Assembly (NCBI GenBank): GCA_046758445.1
Contig: JBHIAE010000019.1
Span: forward strand, 1 to 54,781
Direction of reading: 5' to 3'
DNA: 54,781 bases
Source of the DNA: Candidatus Thorarchaeota archaeon
Lineage (GTDB): Archaea; Asgardarchaeota; Thorarchaeia; Thorarchaeales; Thorarchaeaceae
Shown here: positions 28,781 to 38,967 of the stretch, piece by piece
How positions within the stretch are numbered: position 1 is the first letter of the stretch
Layout of the letters: the number at the start of each line of letters is the position of its first letter
Notes under the pieces: generated by a model
Database searches by the model: none
Seen by the model: only the letters and a program-made list of their open reading frames with translations
Told to the model about the DNA's origin: nothing
Program-made: the position numbers and the translations under genes

Positions 28781-29377
28781 CTACCGCGAATCCTTCGTCT
28801 GTTTTCTCACACCCTCTCGAGATACTAGATAATCCCCATCGCCATTCTCTAGATTCGAGTATCTCGCCATAACGAACAAGACGTCTGATAGTCTGTTTAG
28901 ATATCGGATGAGCTCAGGATTCACAGGATGAAGTTTGGAGAGGGCAAGAACACGTCTTTCTGCTCTCCTGCAGACTGTTCTAGCTTGGTGGAGAAAGGCA
29001 GCACCTGGGGTTCCCCCAGGGATGATGAAGTTCGATATGGGTGGCAACACTTCAGATAATTCGTCAGCGAGGTGCTCGATGTCCGTGACATCCTTGGCAC
29101 TTGCCTTTCGCAGTGTCCCTAGTTCATTCTTATCGTAACCAGGACTATCCCGATCGATTGCAAGCTCGGCTGCCAGATAGAACAGAAACTGTTGGATTGA
29201 GTGTATGTGCTCACCAATTCTTGGTGAAGCATACGTCTTGGCCAAGCCGAGAATCGAAATCAACTCGTCGACAGTACCATATGCTTCAACACGAAGGTCA
29301 ACCTTCTCAATCCTCTCCCCAGATAGAAGGCCTGTTTTGCCTCTGTCCCCCTTTCGCGTGTAAATCCTCTTGGACAC
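28781..29377 (-). CDS. pduO: ATP:cob(I)alamin adenosyltransferase, PduO type
   Basis: IYTRKGD.G.T, YGTVDEL, ARTVCRRAER and YLNRLSD.LF. Confidence 0.95.
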   Translation of the reverse strand: MSKRIYTRKGDRGKTGLLSGERIEKVDLRVEAYGTVDELISILGLAKTYASPRIGEHIHSIQQFLFYLAAELAIDRDSPGYDKNELGTLRKASAKDVTDIEHLADELSEVLPPISNFIIPGGTPGAAFLHQARTVCRRAERRVLALSKLHPVNPELIRYLNRLSDVLFVMARYSNLENGDGDYLVSREGVRKQTKDSR

Positions 29378-29532
29378 TGGTCATCATCTCTTGGTAGCAG
29401 AGCAATAGACGGGCAATCGACGTTGAGCAACCTGTTAATCTTGCCGGTGGAGTCTGAATCATCTATGGTTCAATTGAGGCTCTTTCTAAGTGCGGTTTGG
29501 AATGAGCGGCACCTTCCATGACCGGACAAAGG

Positions 29533-30483
29533 CTACTCATCATGAGTGTGGACATGTTCTTGTGTCGTTCTTACAAGCACATGATCCACGTCTTCTTGGA
29601 GAAGCTCTTCTAGGGCCTCATCGACGTGAACTCGGTCGCGCATCTTTCCAATCTGAAGAGCTACTATGTAAGAGAGAGCTGCAAGAATTCCTGCAACAGC
29701 GCTTGGAGAAGCTCTGACTGACAATGAGATGGCAATTCCAATCAATTGGGAGAGGATTGCGATGATGAAGACCGCTATCATTACACTCCGGACTGAACGT
29801 AGCAGTTCGTTCGATGCCGCTGCAGGTGCTACGACTATCGCATACACTAGTATTGCACCCACTGCCTTAGTCGCCAACGCGATTGCAAGAGCTGAGGTGA
29901 TCAACATGAGGTAGTGATATGCTCTGGCGTTCAGACCTTGTGCCGTTGAGCCCTCTATGTCAAGACTCACGTACACAAACTCCTTGTTGAACAGAATGGT
30001 CACAATTAGGAGAATGAGTGCCGTTCCGGCCAGCATTACAATGTCAAGATTGTTGAGCAGGAGGAGGTCACCCACCAAATAGCCCCAGATGCTTGGAACC
30101 TCAATTGGCGGAATATAGTACATCAGGAACACAGCCAAGCTCATGGACAGAGCAAACGAAACACCGACCGCTACCTCCATCTTCTCGCCAATGCCTGTTT
30201 CACCTGCATACCCAGTAACAAGAGCCACAAAGACGCTGAATATCAGGGCACCAAGCATGGGGTCAAACCAAGGCGCGATGTTTGACGCCTGCAGGAAGAG
30301 ACCTAGTGCAGCGCCTCCCAATGCAGCGTGGGCCACACCGGATGTCATGAAAGAGAGACCTCGAAAGACAAGAAAGCTCCCGCTGGTCGAAGCTACGATT
30401 GCAATCATTAGCACTCCAACAAGCGCTCTTTGCAGAAAGGGGCTGCTCACTATAAGCAGAATAATGTCAATCATGTCGATCAA
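29533..30483 (-). CDS. znuB: Zn/Mn ABC transporter permease (ZnuB-like)
   Basis: VAHAALGG, YL.GDLL and KAVGAILV; His-rich tail HVHTH. Confidence 0.9.
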   Translation of the reverse strand: MIDMIDIILLIVSSPFLQRALVGVLMIAIVASTSGSFLVFRGLSFMTSGVAHAALGGAALGLFLQASNIAPWFDPMLGALIFSVFVALVTGYAGETGIGEKMEVAVGVSFALSMSLAVFLMYYIPPIEVPSIWGYLVGDLLLLNNLDIVMLAGTALILLIVTILFNKEFVYVSLDIEGSTAQGLNARAYHYLMLITSALAIALATKAVGAILVYAIVVAPAAASNELLRSVRSVMIAVFIIAILSQLIGIAISLSVRASPSAVAGILAALSYIVALQIGKMRDRVHVDEALEELLQEDVDHVLVRTTQEHVHTHDE

Positions 30484-31273
30484 CTCCAGAGTCTCTGGTG
30501 AAACAGTATCTATGTCCTGAGTGCTCTACTATCCTAGCGGTTGGACCGTACAGTGCTCTCACTATTTCTGGGTCCATCACATCACATGGCGTGCCGACTC
30601 CAACGACAGTGTTCCTTAGCATGAGAACATCGCGTACAAGGGTATGAATCGGATTTAGGTCGTGGGTGACCATAATGATGCTTACGTCATTCTCATTGTG
30701 GTACCGCCCAAGCGCATCAACTATCAGATCCTGGCTTTCTGCATCAGTTCCTGACAAAGGCTCATCCAACATCAGGACAGGACCCTCACCGGCCAGAGCT
30801 CGAGCCACCAAGACTCTCTGCCTCTGACCGCCTGAAAGCTCTGGAAACGGTTTGTCCCAAAAGTCTTCCATGGCAACCTGACTCAAGGCACTCTTAGCGA
30901 CAGTCTTGTCATTGCTTGAGGCCACCCGTGGTGGTGCCTTCTTGACGAGTCGCCCCATAAGCACGATATCTTTCACCTTCATTGGCACGTTGAGTTCGAT
31001 TCTGTCACGTTGCGGGACATATCGGACTAAACGTCTGATTTGTGACTTTTGAGTGCTGGAATCGAACCCGAGCAGCTTCATGTTTCCTCGGATGGGCTTC
31101 AAGAGACCCAGAGTGGTCTTGATGAGTGTGCTTTTTCCAGAGCCGTTCGGTCCGATTATAGCCATGAATGAAGGAGAACTCACCTCGAACGTCACATGGT
31201 GAAGTGCGATTTCGCCGTTCGGATACCTAACGGCCAAATCCTGTGCGCTGATTAGGGACTCGGTTGTCATCAC
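30467..31273 (-). CDS. znuC: Zn/Mn ABC transporter ATPase (ZnuC-like)
   Basis: GPNGSGKST, LSGGQRQR, LDEP and VTHD. Confidence 0.92.
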   Translation of the reverse strand: MMTTESLISAQDLAVRYPNGEIALHHVTFEVSSPSFMAIIGPNGSGKSTLIKTTLGLLKPIRGNMKLLGFDSSTQKSQIRRLVRYVPQRDRIELNVPMKVKDIVLMGRLVKKAPPRVASSNDKTVAKSALSQVAMEDFWDKPFPELSGGQRQRVLVARALAGEGPVLMLDEPLSGTDAESQDLIVDALGRYHNENDVSIIMVTHDLNPIHTLVRDVLMLRNTVVGVGTPCDVMDPEIVRALYGPTARIVEHSGHRYCFTRDSGVDRHD

Positions 31274-31417
31274 GTCACCTTCCTATCGTGTTTCAATGTT
31301 TCTTCCACCCTACTGCTGGGAGATGAGCTTGATAAATAGGAATAATAATCTACGCTTGAGTCCTAGGGAGTGTCCTCTTCACTCTGGACAAGAGGAGCGA
31401 TTTCAGAAGGTGCTAGG

Positions 31418-32485
31418 ATGAAAGGAAGGAGGTATGTAATCTTGGTTCTGCTTTGCTTCATCAGCCTCGTCGCGATGATTCCGGTCAAGCCAGCTCAAGC
31501 CGCATCCCCGATCAAGGTGGCCGCATCAATCGAGCCACTCGCTGGTTTAGCTGAGGAGGTAGGAGGGAGTCATGTTGAAATGTCCGTATTGCTGCCTGAG
31601 GGCATTGAGCCGCATGCTGCAACTCTTCCACCCCAGGCAGTGAGTGATGCTCAAGCAGCAGATCTACTGGTCCTGACAGGTCACTTTCCTTGGGAAGCAG
31701 ATCTCCTTTCGCAGGTCAGTACCCCCTACATCACAATGGATGATGCATCAGCACTTGAGAACTACGAAGACTATGGCGCAAGACTGTCAGAGATGCCCGG
31801 TCAGCCTGTAGAGGGTGGAGCCTTCTATAGTGCTCAGCACGACCATGAGGGCAATCTTCACGGATGGTGGCTCTTGCCAGTAAACGCAATAGCCATTGCC
31901 AATGCAACACGGGCTGCTCTCAGCACTCTGAACTCAACACTGTCTTTGACCTGGCAGAGTAACTTCAAGGAGTTCGTGACTAATGTAGATGCATTTGGCC
32001 AACTGGTGGCAACAACAGACGAAACATATCATTTCTCCGCGATGAAAGCAGTTGTCGTTTCACCAGCGGAGGCATACATAGCCGAAGCCTTCGGAATCGA
32101 GGCTACTGCGGTATTGCAAGTAGAAGAAGTCCTTGTGTCCGGTGCCGAATTGCTCGAGATTCAAGATGCAATTAGGAATGGGACTATAGACCTGATTCTC
32201 GGGTCTGATGTGGCGCGACTCCAGGCTGGAGGCGAGTACGCTGTTCAGTTGTCCGAAGACTACAGTCTTCCACTGGTCTGGTGTAGAGCTGTCTTCTTTG
32301 AAGGACTGTTGGACTACATTGCCGTAATGACCTACAATCTAGGTTCGCTCACCTCAGGCTTAGAGAGCGATGTCGGTACAGGCGGCGGGCCAGTCAATGT
32401 AGCTCTGATCGGTTTCGCTGGCGTCTTCGCTGTGGTTGCACTGCTTGAGGCTGTCGTCCTTGTACAGAGAGCAAAAAGCGACTAA
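31418..32485 (+). CDS. znuA: Zn/Mn ABC transporter substrate-binding protein (ZnuA/TroA-like) with C-terminal TM anchor
   Basis: Signal peptide, LLP.G.EPH, HDHEGNLHGWW and hydrophobic C-terminus. Start moved to ATG 31418. Confidence 0.85.
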   Translation: MKGRRYVILVLLCFISLVAMIPVKPAQAASPIKVAASIEPLAGLAEEVGGSHVEMSVLLPEGIEPHAATLPPQAVSDAQAADLLVLTGHFPWEADLLSQVSTPYITMDDASALENYEDYGARLSEMPGQPVEGGAFYSAQHDHEGNLHGWWLLPVNAIAIANATRAALSTLNSTLSLTWQSNFKEFVTNVDAFGQLVATTDETYHFSAMKAVVVSPAEAYIAEAFGIEATAVLQVEEVLVSGAELLEIQDAIRNGTIDLILGSDVARLQAGGEYAVQLSEDYSLPLVWCRAVFFEGLLDYIAVMTYNLGSLTSGLESDVGTGGGPVNVALIGFAGVFAVVALLEAVVLVQRAKSD

Positions 32486-32521
32486 CTGCCTCAGAATGTA
32501 TCACGCATCGGCACTTGGAGG

Positions 32522-33505
32522 CTAGCTCGCGTCTGACTTGTAGTAGGGTGATGCTGATAACAGCTTGCGTCGAGCCAATGCACAAAATAACCTCACGAAG
32601 TGCCTTCTGAAACCAACGGCCTCACGAAGCTCTTCCGTATAGTCATCGAACGTCCTTTTCTGAAACTGAAGTAGACTCTGAGACTCTTTGGTGTCCATCC
32701 AATCCGTATGAAAGTAATCTTCATCGCATTTCGGAACCAAGAACGCAGAATCGGGAAGCATGTCCATTCCGACAGCCTCGAGCGTTCTTGATATGAACTC
32801 CCGGTAGGTCATTCGACACCGTTCCCCTCCACCAAGCAGGAGTATCTTTCCGACAGTTTCGGCGGCCACCGAGGCTGACAGTGCGAGTCCTATGTCTCTC
32901 GTGTGGACAAACTCCATCCGCTGGTCAAGTGGGATCGAGAAGATGAATGGGTCCTTGGCAGCTTCAAACCAATTCATGCTAAGTGGAGGTACGACTCCAA
33001 AACGAAGAATCGTCCATGGATGGTTGCTCTTACGAATCAGATACTCACACTCAATCTTGGTTTCGGTGTATAGGTCAGTAGCAATCTGAGGGTCACTAGC
33101 AGTCCTAGGAGGTCCTCTGCCTGGGCAGTGTCCGTAGGTCGCAATCGAGCTTGCATAGACTATCTTTGGTGCGATTCCAAGATTCTCCGTGACTTCAAGT
33201 ATGTTCTTTGTGCCTCCAACGTTCACAGCTCGAGTCAGATTGGGATCTAAGTCCGAGGCAGGAGGTATAATGGCGGCGAGGTGAAGCACACAATCAACAT
33301 TCATCATCGCTCTGCTGACCACTTCTTGGTCTCTTATATCGCCCCAGACTGTTTCAAAGACACCTCCACGCTTGAGGCGTTTCATGACTTTCTCATTGTT
33401 CGGAGTCTTCAGGTCAAGACACCGTATCTCGTGCTCGGTTTCCAGAAGCGAAACCATGGCACTTTCACCAATGTTGCCAAAGGCACCTGTAAGAAGAATC
33501 TGCAT
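32522..33505 (-). CDS. NAD-dependent epimerase/dehydratase (extended SDR)
   Basis: TGAFGNIG, HLAAIIPP, VNVGGT, YASS and YTETK (YxxxK). Confidence 0.9.
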   Translation of the reverse strand: MQILLTGAFGNIGESAMVSLLETEHEIRCLDLKTPNNEKVMKRLKRGGVFETVWGDIRDQEVVSRAMMNVDCVLHLAAIIPPASDLDPNLTRAVNVGGTKNILEVTENLGIAPKIVYASSIATYGHCPGRGPPRTASDPQIATDLYTETKIECEYLIRKSNHPWTILRFGVVPPLSMNWFEAAKDPFIFSIPLDQRMEFVHTRDIGLALSASVAAETVGKILLLGGGERCRMTYREFISRTLEAVGMDMLPDSAFLVPKCDEDYFHTDWMDTKESQSLLQFQKRTFDDYTEELREAVGFRRHFVRLFCALARRKLLSASPYYKSDAS

Positions 33506-33533
33506 GCTTCGAATGCAGTGTGATGTACTTATA

Positions 33534-33583
33534 ATACTTCGGTGTCGAAATATACGGCAAGGAAATATCCATCGTCGAAATGT
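33534..33583. promoter_or_regulatory. Putative MarR operator: imperfect palindrome ATACTTCG-GTGT-CGAAATAT plus repeated GAAAT(A/G)T half-sites
   Basis: Palindrome at 33534-33553 abuts the TTATAA box; GAAATAT/GAAATGT recur at about 15-bp spacing between the divergent SDR and MarR genes. Confidence 0.6.
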
Positions 33584-33647
33584 TCATATCTCAACTCCTA
33601 CTAGTATTCAGTAGCCTTCCAGATTGAAATGGAACGATTGGGGCTCC

Positions 33648-34082
33648 ATGATGAATAGAAACCGCGAAGTCCTCATGTATGAGCTAGTCGAGGCCCTAAG
33701 GCTCCTTGGTAAAGTCAAATGGTTTCTGGGAGATACGAATCTCACCCTTGAGGGTTTCTTGGTCTTGGACCTCATATCCGAGTCTGGTACCTGCAACATG
33801 AAGGACATCGTCGATGGTTTCTCACTACCTGCAAGTACTGCGACAGGTATTGTTGATCGTTTGGTTGAGAAGAGATATGTGAAACGAGGACAATCCAACA
33901 CGGACAGAAGAAAGGTTACGCTTGAGATAACTGGAAGTGGAAGACAAGTCTACGACCGGTCCAGGTCAGAGGCTCTAGCACAGATGGCGGAATCACTGAG
34001 TCATCTCAGTAAGAAGGAAATCGAAACCCTGGTCAATCTTGTCAGGAAGCTCACATCAAAGATAAGCAGACCAAAAGAATAG
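33648..34082 (+). CDS. MarR family transcriptional regulator
   Basis: STATGIVDRLVEKRYVKR....DRR.V...IT..G winged helix. Confidence 0.93.
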   Translation: MMNRNREVLMYELVEALRLLGKVKWFLGDTNLTLEGFLVLDLISESGTCNMKDIVDGFSLPASTATGIVDRLVEKRYVKRGQSNTDRRKVTLEITGSGRQVYDRSRSEALAQMAESLSHLSKKEIETLVNLVRKLTSKISRPKE

Positions 34083-34086
34083 GGAA

Positions 34087-35391
34087 TCACTGGGGTTGCG
34101 GCAACCTAATGGTGAATGTGGAACCCATGGCTGGTTCACTCTCAACCTCGATTCTACCACCCTGAGCCTCAATCAACATCTTGGTGATTGTGAGTCCCAA
34201 TCCTATGCCCTTGGTCTTGGTCGTGAATAGGGGCTCGAACAGTCTACCCATGTGTTCCTCAGGTATTCCGGAGCCGGTATCCTTGAACACGATTGAAACC
34301 CATTCTGTTCCTTCTGGAGTAGACACTACTGTGAGCGTTCCTCCTTCAGGCATGGCTTGGTAGGCATTGACCACCACGTTGGAAAAGGCCTGTTTGAGTT
34401 GAAACGGGTCAGCCGATATGAAAGGCAATTTGGGCTCTAGTTCAATCTTTACGGTGACTTCTTCTGTAGGTCGAACCTTGGAGAGGATGTCCTCAATCAG
34501 TTCGTTCACATTGACATCTTCTCGGGCTGGTGACCTTGGTTTTGCAAGACCTAGCAGGCTATCTACAGTCCTCACCGAATGACCAACTTCAGATTCAATT
34601 GTGTCAATGGCGGCTGCTACATCGTTGTCAGTTGTGTCAAGGGTCATCTTTAGGAAAGTGGCCGAGTTCAGTATTGCATGGAGAGGGCTGCGGAGCTCAT
34701 GACTGATTCCGCCGCTAAGCTGCCCAAGCACGGCAAGTCTCTCTTTAGCAAGCAACTCTTCTTGTGCCTTTTCAAGCTCCTGAGTGCGCGATTCCACCCT
34801 CATCTCAAGTTCCTCGTTCAAGATGATTAGTTCTTGACGCGACCTCTCGAAGCCGTAGGCAGACAACCAAACGATGACTGCTATGGTGAGAAACACAATC
34901 GCGGTTGGGGCAAGGGGATAACCGTCGACAATCACAGGATAGACAAGTAGTGCACTACTGCCCATGGCCACAACGATGCCTGCCCATGGGCGAAGCAAGA
35001 TGGCCGATACGACAATCGGGACTGTGTAGAGAAGCGTAATGCTATTGTCTATCAATCGCAACAGGGTGGTCATCACGAGAAGAAACAACACAAAGAGAAG
35101 ACTCGCGATTTCACCGTACCCTTGGCGATTAATCAGATATATAACGGCCATGGTTGCAAGCGACGCGAATGAGAATGGAAGAGCGGTCATATCACCAAGG
35201 AGGTCGAAACCGAGGGCAACGACCATACCGATCGTCACGGTGAAGAGCATAATCCTAAGGAGCTGACTCCGGAGGGCACTATCGGATTCGGTTGCAGGCA
35301 CCTCAAGGAAATCTTGGAATCTCTTCAAACCAGCCGACTTCCCACGATTTGCATGACATCTTACGAGCGAGAGCAACGCACGACCGCACAC
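34087..35391 (-). CDS. Membrane-bound sensor histidine kinase (HisKA + HATPase)
   Basis: About 6 TMs, ERLAVLGQLSGGISHELRSPL, NVVVNAYQAM, DTGSGI, FEPLFTTK and GIGLGL. Start uncertain. Confidence 0.92.
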   Translation of the reverse strand: MCGRALLSLVRCHANRGKSAGLKRFQDFLEVPATESDSALRSQLLRIMLFTVTIGMVVALGFDLLGDMTALPFSFASLATMAVIYLINRQGYGEIASLLFVLFLLVMTTLLRLIDNSITLLYTVPIVVSAILLRPWAGIVVAMGSSALLVYPVIVDGYPLAPTAIVFLTIAVIVWLSAYGFERSRQELIILNEELEMRVESRTQELEKAQEELLAKERLAVLGQLSGGISHELRSPLHAILNSATFLKMTLDTTDNDVAAAIDTIESEVGHSVRTVDSLLGLAKPRSPAREDVNVNELIEDILSKVRPTEEVTVKIELEPKLPFISADPFQLKQAFSNVVVNAYQAMPEGGTLTVVSTPEGTEWVSIVFKDTGSGIPEEHMGRLFEPLFTTKTKGIGLGLTITKMLIEAQGGRIEVESEPAMGSTFTIRLPQPQ

Positions 35392-35696
35392 ATGGTAGTC
35401 GCTGCTCGCATCCTCGTCTCTAACATGCTCTGGGCAAATAACAATGTATCTATGCGGGACTGGTCGTCATCTCACAGGTAGTACACCTGCCAGATATGTG
35501 ACGTCCATCAGTTCGGAACAAGAATGAGGTCCGGTGGAAATCTCTTTGATCAGGCAGAAGATTGCCACTGTATCACTCCAGATGCTAACCTATTATCTTG
35601 ACGCTCGTTTGAACGAACAACGTTATTATGCTTCTGGCTTGAACAGGGAATTGCCTGAAGGGATGGATGCACTTCTTGACAAGAGAAGTGAGATAG

Positions 35697-37940
35697 ATGC
35701 CACCAGATTCGGTTTCGCCTGCTGCGGTCGAGTCAAAGACATCGGTCCTAGCAGACAGGCGGCGTGCTACGATAGTCCTCGTTTGGTTGGCTCTTGCCTC
35801 TCTCACACTTGTAGTATTCGCTCTCATGATTCCACTCTACTTTGATTGGATGCTTTTGAATGCCCAACAACCCGAAATTCTTGATGCGCTCCTAGACGTG
35901 GGGTTTACACCGGATTTCTACGCCACGGTAATTTCAGTAAGGGACGCAATCGTTACAGGGTTCTTTGTGGTGACGGGTCTGGCCCTGTTTGCCCGCCAAT
36001 ACAATGACCGGTGGGTTGCCTTCGTTTCTTTGACTCTCATTACGGTCGGAGTTTCTTTCACACCGTTGTTACGAGCTCCGGCGGGACTCCCGCTAGAACA
36101 AGCCGCCTTCTTTGTCACGAACTTAGGACTCCTCTTCCTGGTGCTGTTCCTCCTATTGTTCCCTGATGGACACTTTCGACCGCGTAGCTCTATACTGCTT
36201 GCCGCGTTCTTCCTTACACTAAACTACAGCACCTTCATCTACATGGCTGCATTTGGCATTGAACCGGGCATATTTCTCCAGCTACGCACCTGGGCACAAA
36301 TCGGAGCAATTGGGTCGGGAATTGCTGTTCAGCTATACAGATATCTGATATTCCACGGACCTGTAGAACGCCAACAGACAAAGTGGTTGATCTTAGGTTC
36401 TTTGACGTTGGTTGTGGCAAGTCTAGCCATCTTCCTTGCTGGAAGCATGACAGATGCCGTAACTGGTTCTGGTTCTGCCAGAGTATACTACACTCTTGCA
36501 GTTGAAACAGGTTTTGGAGCGCTACCTGCATTAGTACTTCCTCTCAGCATCACCTTCTCGGTTATCCAGTACAGGCTCTGGGACCTGGGACGAGTCATCT
36601 ACTCAGGACTCCTCTATGTCATACTCGTTTCTGTCTTGATGGCAGGCATCTTTGGGGGGGCGATTCTTATTCAATGGGCCTTTCCGATGGTGTCAGCCGT
36701 CAACGTTCCAGCAGCGGTGGTAGTCGCCGGTTTGATCATGGTTCTCTCCACACCAATCCTTTACCATTGCATGAGGATAATTGCAGACAGGATACTCTTC
36801 CGAGAACGCAAAGACTATCGACGGGTGGTAAACGAGTTCTCAAGAGAGATTGCCACGATTATTGACTTGTCTGAGCTTGGAAGGAGACTTGTCCAGCGTG
36901 TCGCGAATCTATTTGTCGTGTCATACATCGGGGTGCACCTCATCAGAGAAGACGGAAACCTCACCAGATTAGACGAGAAGTCTCTGAGGGATAGAATGCG
37001 ATTCCACACTCTCAGTCAGAAAGACTTGAACCAGCTTGGCGGAGGCGAAGAAGTAAGACTTCTCGAAGGAGGAGTAATGTATCTACTGCTCCCCATCCTA
37101 ACAGTGCAAGAGCGTGATCATGAGCTTGTAGGAATCCTCACTGTCGGCCCACGCATCTCGGGACAAGGCTTCTCCACTGAGGATAGAGAGATACTCTTCA
37201 GTTTGGCATCACAGGTGGGCACCGCCATCTATGTGGCAGATCTCGTCGAAGCTATTACTGAGGCGGAGAGAGAGCTAAAGGCTGCTGCTGACACTGCCAC
37301 TCTGTACTTGGATTTGTTGACGCATGATACGCGCAACCAGCTTCAGGCAATCCTCCTTGCATCTGAAGCAATTCAACAAGAGAACCCGAGCTTGCATACT
37401 CGGGCACTACTCAACAATATCGTGGAAGCGGTGAAGGCTTGCGAGTCACTCATATCAAAGGCTCAAGTGACTGAGAGCTTCCTGAGTACAGAGTTGTCAG
37501 TTGTGCCATTGGACAATGTGATTGAGAAAGCCTTAGCAAAGCTTGGACAGACCTATGCAGACATTGAGGTAGACGTTGAGAACCATATCCCGGGCACCAT
37601 GGTCTTTGCGGATCGGCACCTCTTGCATATGTTGATGAATATACTCGAGAATGCAGTTGTTCATAACCACAGCTATCCACGGAAGGTATGGGTGGTCCTC
37701 GGGAAGTCTGAGGGGGGAGTCATGATCACTATAGCTGACAACGGCCCTGGCATCTCCGATGGTAAGAAGGAGGGGTTATTCGACCCTGACAGGCGTTTTG
37801 GTGGCGTGGGAGTACACCAGGCACAAAGGATCTGCCAGAAGTACGGAGGTCGGGTTAGCGTCGCAGACCGGATTCCGGGAGACTCTGGACGCGGGGCCGA
37901 ATTCAGTGTGTGGTTGCCTCTTGCAGAAAGCCACGTGTGA
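35697..37940 (+). CDS. Multi-TM sensor histidine kinase with GAF-like domain
   Basis: About 10 TMs with ERQQTKW and YRLWD motifs, GAF-like FSTEDREIL segment, LYLDLLTHD.RNQLQ, NILENAV and DNGPGI. Confidence 0.9.
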   Translation: MPPDSVSPAAVESKTSVLADRRRATIVLVWLALASLTLVVFALMIPLYFDWMLLNAQQPEILDALLDVGFTPDFYATVISVRDAIVTGFFVVTGLALFARQYNDRWVAFVSLTLITVGVSFTPLLRAPAGLPLEQAAFFVTNLGLLFLVLFLLLFPDGHFRPRSSILLAAFFLTLNYSTFIYMAAFGIEPGIFLQLRTWAQIGAIGSGIAVQLYRYLIFHGPVERQQTKWLILGSLTLVVASLAIFLAGSMTDAVTGSGSARVYYTLAVETGFGALPALVLPLSITFSVIQYRLWDLGRVIYSGLLYVILVSVLMAGIFGGAILIQWAFPMVSAVNVPAAVVVAGLIMVLSTPILYHCMRIIADRILFRERKDYRRVVNEFSREIATIIDLSELGRRLVQRVANLFVVSYIGVHLIREDGNLTRLDEKSLRDRMRFHTLSQKDLNQLGGGEEVRLLEGGVMYLLLPILTVQERDHELVGILTVGPRISGQGFSTEDREILFSLASQVGTAIYVADLVEAITEAERELKAAADTATLYLDLLTHDTRNQLQAILLASEAIQQENPSLHTRALLNNIVEAVKACESLISKAQVTESFLSTELSVVPLDNVIEKALAKLGQTYADIEVDVENHIPGTMVFADRHLLHMLMNILENAVVHNHSYPRKVWVVLGKSEGGVMITIADNGPGISDGKKEGLFDPDRRFGGVGVHQAQRICQKYGGRVSVADRIPGDSGRGAEFSVWLPLAESHV

Positions 37941-37947
37941 AGCCGTG

Positions 37948-38718
37948 TCACTTTCTCTGGGCTAGGTTCTGTAGGAACTCCTCTAATCGGTCTACGACAA
38001 CCTCGATAATCTGTTGCCCCTTCTCCTTTGTTGCCTTGGTAGAATAACCGACAACTCCCGAGTCAGTGATGTCCTTCATTGTGAAGGATGCAAAAACCTT
38101 TGGAGGAGGTGCTAGCATATCCGGCTCTATGAAGCCGGGGACAATAGCTCTTCCAGGTTCGTCCACTCTCTTCTTCTCAAGTACTCTCTGACCAAGATGC
38201 CAGGCAACAGAGGTTTCCATGTCGCATCCATGAAATACAGGCCTTGTGACTACTTCACGTATCTTGTCAGAGCCCATATCCCACCAGTTAATATGATACA
38301 CCTTTGCGGACCCCATGTCCCGAAGAATATGTAACGCGTTCGAGATTGCAGTTCCATTGCCACCATGGCCATTCAATAGAACAATCCTAGAGAACCCGTG
38401 CTGAGCAAGGGAGGAGCAGACATCGACAATCACGTTTGCGAGAGTCGACTCTTGAAGAGTAATCGTGCCCTTGAATTCCATATGATGTGGTGAATACCCA
38501 AAGGATATGGTTGGAGTAACAGTGAGTTTCAGTCTTGGCCAGAGGCGTTCGGCCACAATCCAAGCTAGCTTTTGAGCTATGTAATGGTCGTTGTCAAGGG
38601 GTAGAGCAGGTCCGTGTTGCTCAATTGATCCTATCGGGACAAGCGCGATATTGGATTCTTGAAGCCTTTCTTCAACATCAGGCCATGTCATCTTTCCAAG
38701 AAGATAGTGTGGTTCCAT
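37948..38718 (-). CDS. Creatininase/ArfB family amidohydrolase
   Basis: PIGSIEQHG..LPL.ND, GYSPHH, NGHGGN and HG...ETS. Start moved to ATG 38718. Confidence 0.92.
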   Translation of the reverse strand: MEPHYLLGKMTWPDVEERLQESNIALVPIGSIEQHGPALPLDNDHYIAQKLAWIVAERLWPRLKLTVTPTISFGYSPHHMEFKGTITLQESTLANVIVDVCSSLAQHGFSRIVLLNGHGGNGTAISNALHILRDMGSAKVYHINWWDMGSDKIREVVTRPVFHGCDMETSVAWHLGQRVLEKKRVDEPGRAIVPGFIEPDMLAPPPKVFASFTMKDITDSGVVGYSTKATKEKGQQIIEVVVDRLEEFLQNLAQRK

Positions 38719-38778
38719 GATTAACACCAACAGGTTGACCGTGAGCAAGACTAGCCTTCTTAATATCTTATGCCAAGA

Positions 38779-38828
38779 AGGACTGAGGTCTTGGGCCGCC
38801 GGGCTCTCATGGCTCAGGACCTCATCCT
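38779..38828 (+). other. Intergenic stem-loop (about 18 bp stem, 13 nt loop)
   Basis: AGGACTGAGGTCTTGGGCC pairs with GGCTCAGGACCTCATCCT, with one bulge and two G-U pairs. Confidence 0.5.
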
Positions 38829-38967
38829 GCGCTGCTGGCTCCCAATATGGTCGATACAGGAGGACAGGTTAGTAACATTCTTTTTAAGGAAAGAAGAGTA
38901 CGACTCGATAGACAGCCCTGTGACCTAGGTCATGGGGATGGTACAATCACTTAGGAGATACGATTGT

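Noticed and set aside
35534-35845. 103-aa ORF upstream of and overlapping the second kinase
   Set aside because: Overlaps the kinase in another frame, has no motif, and probably spans the promoter region.
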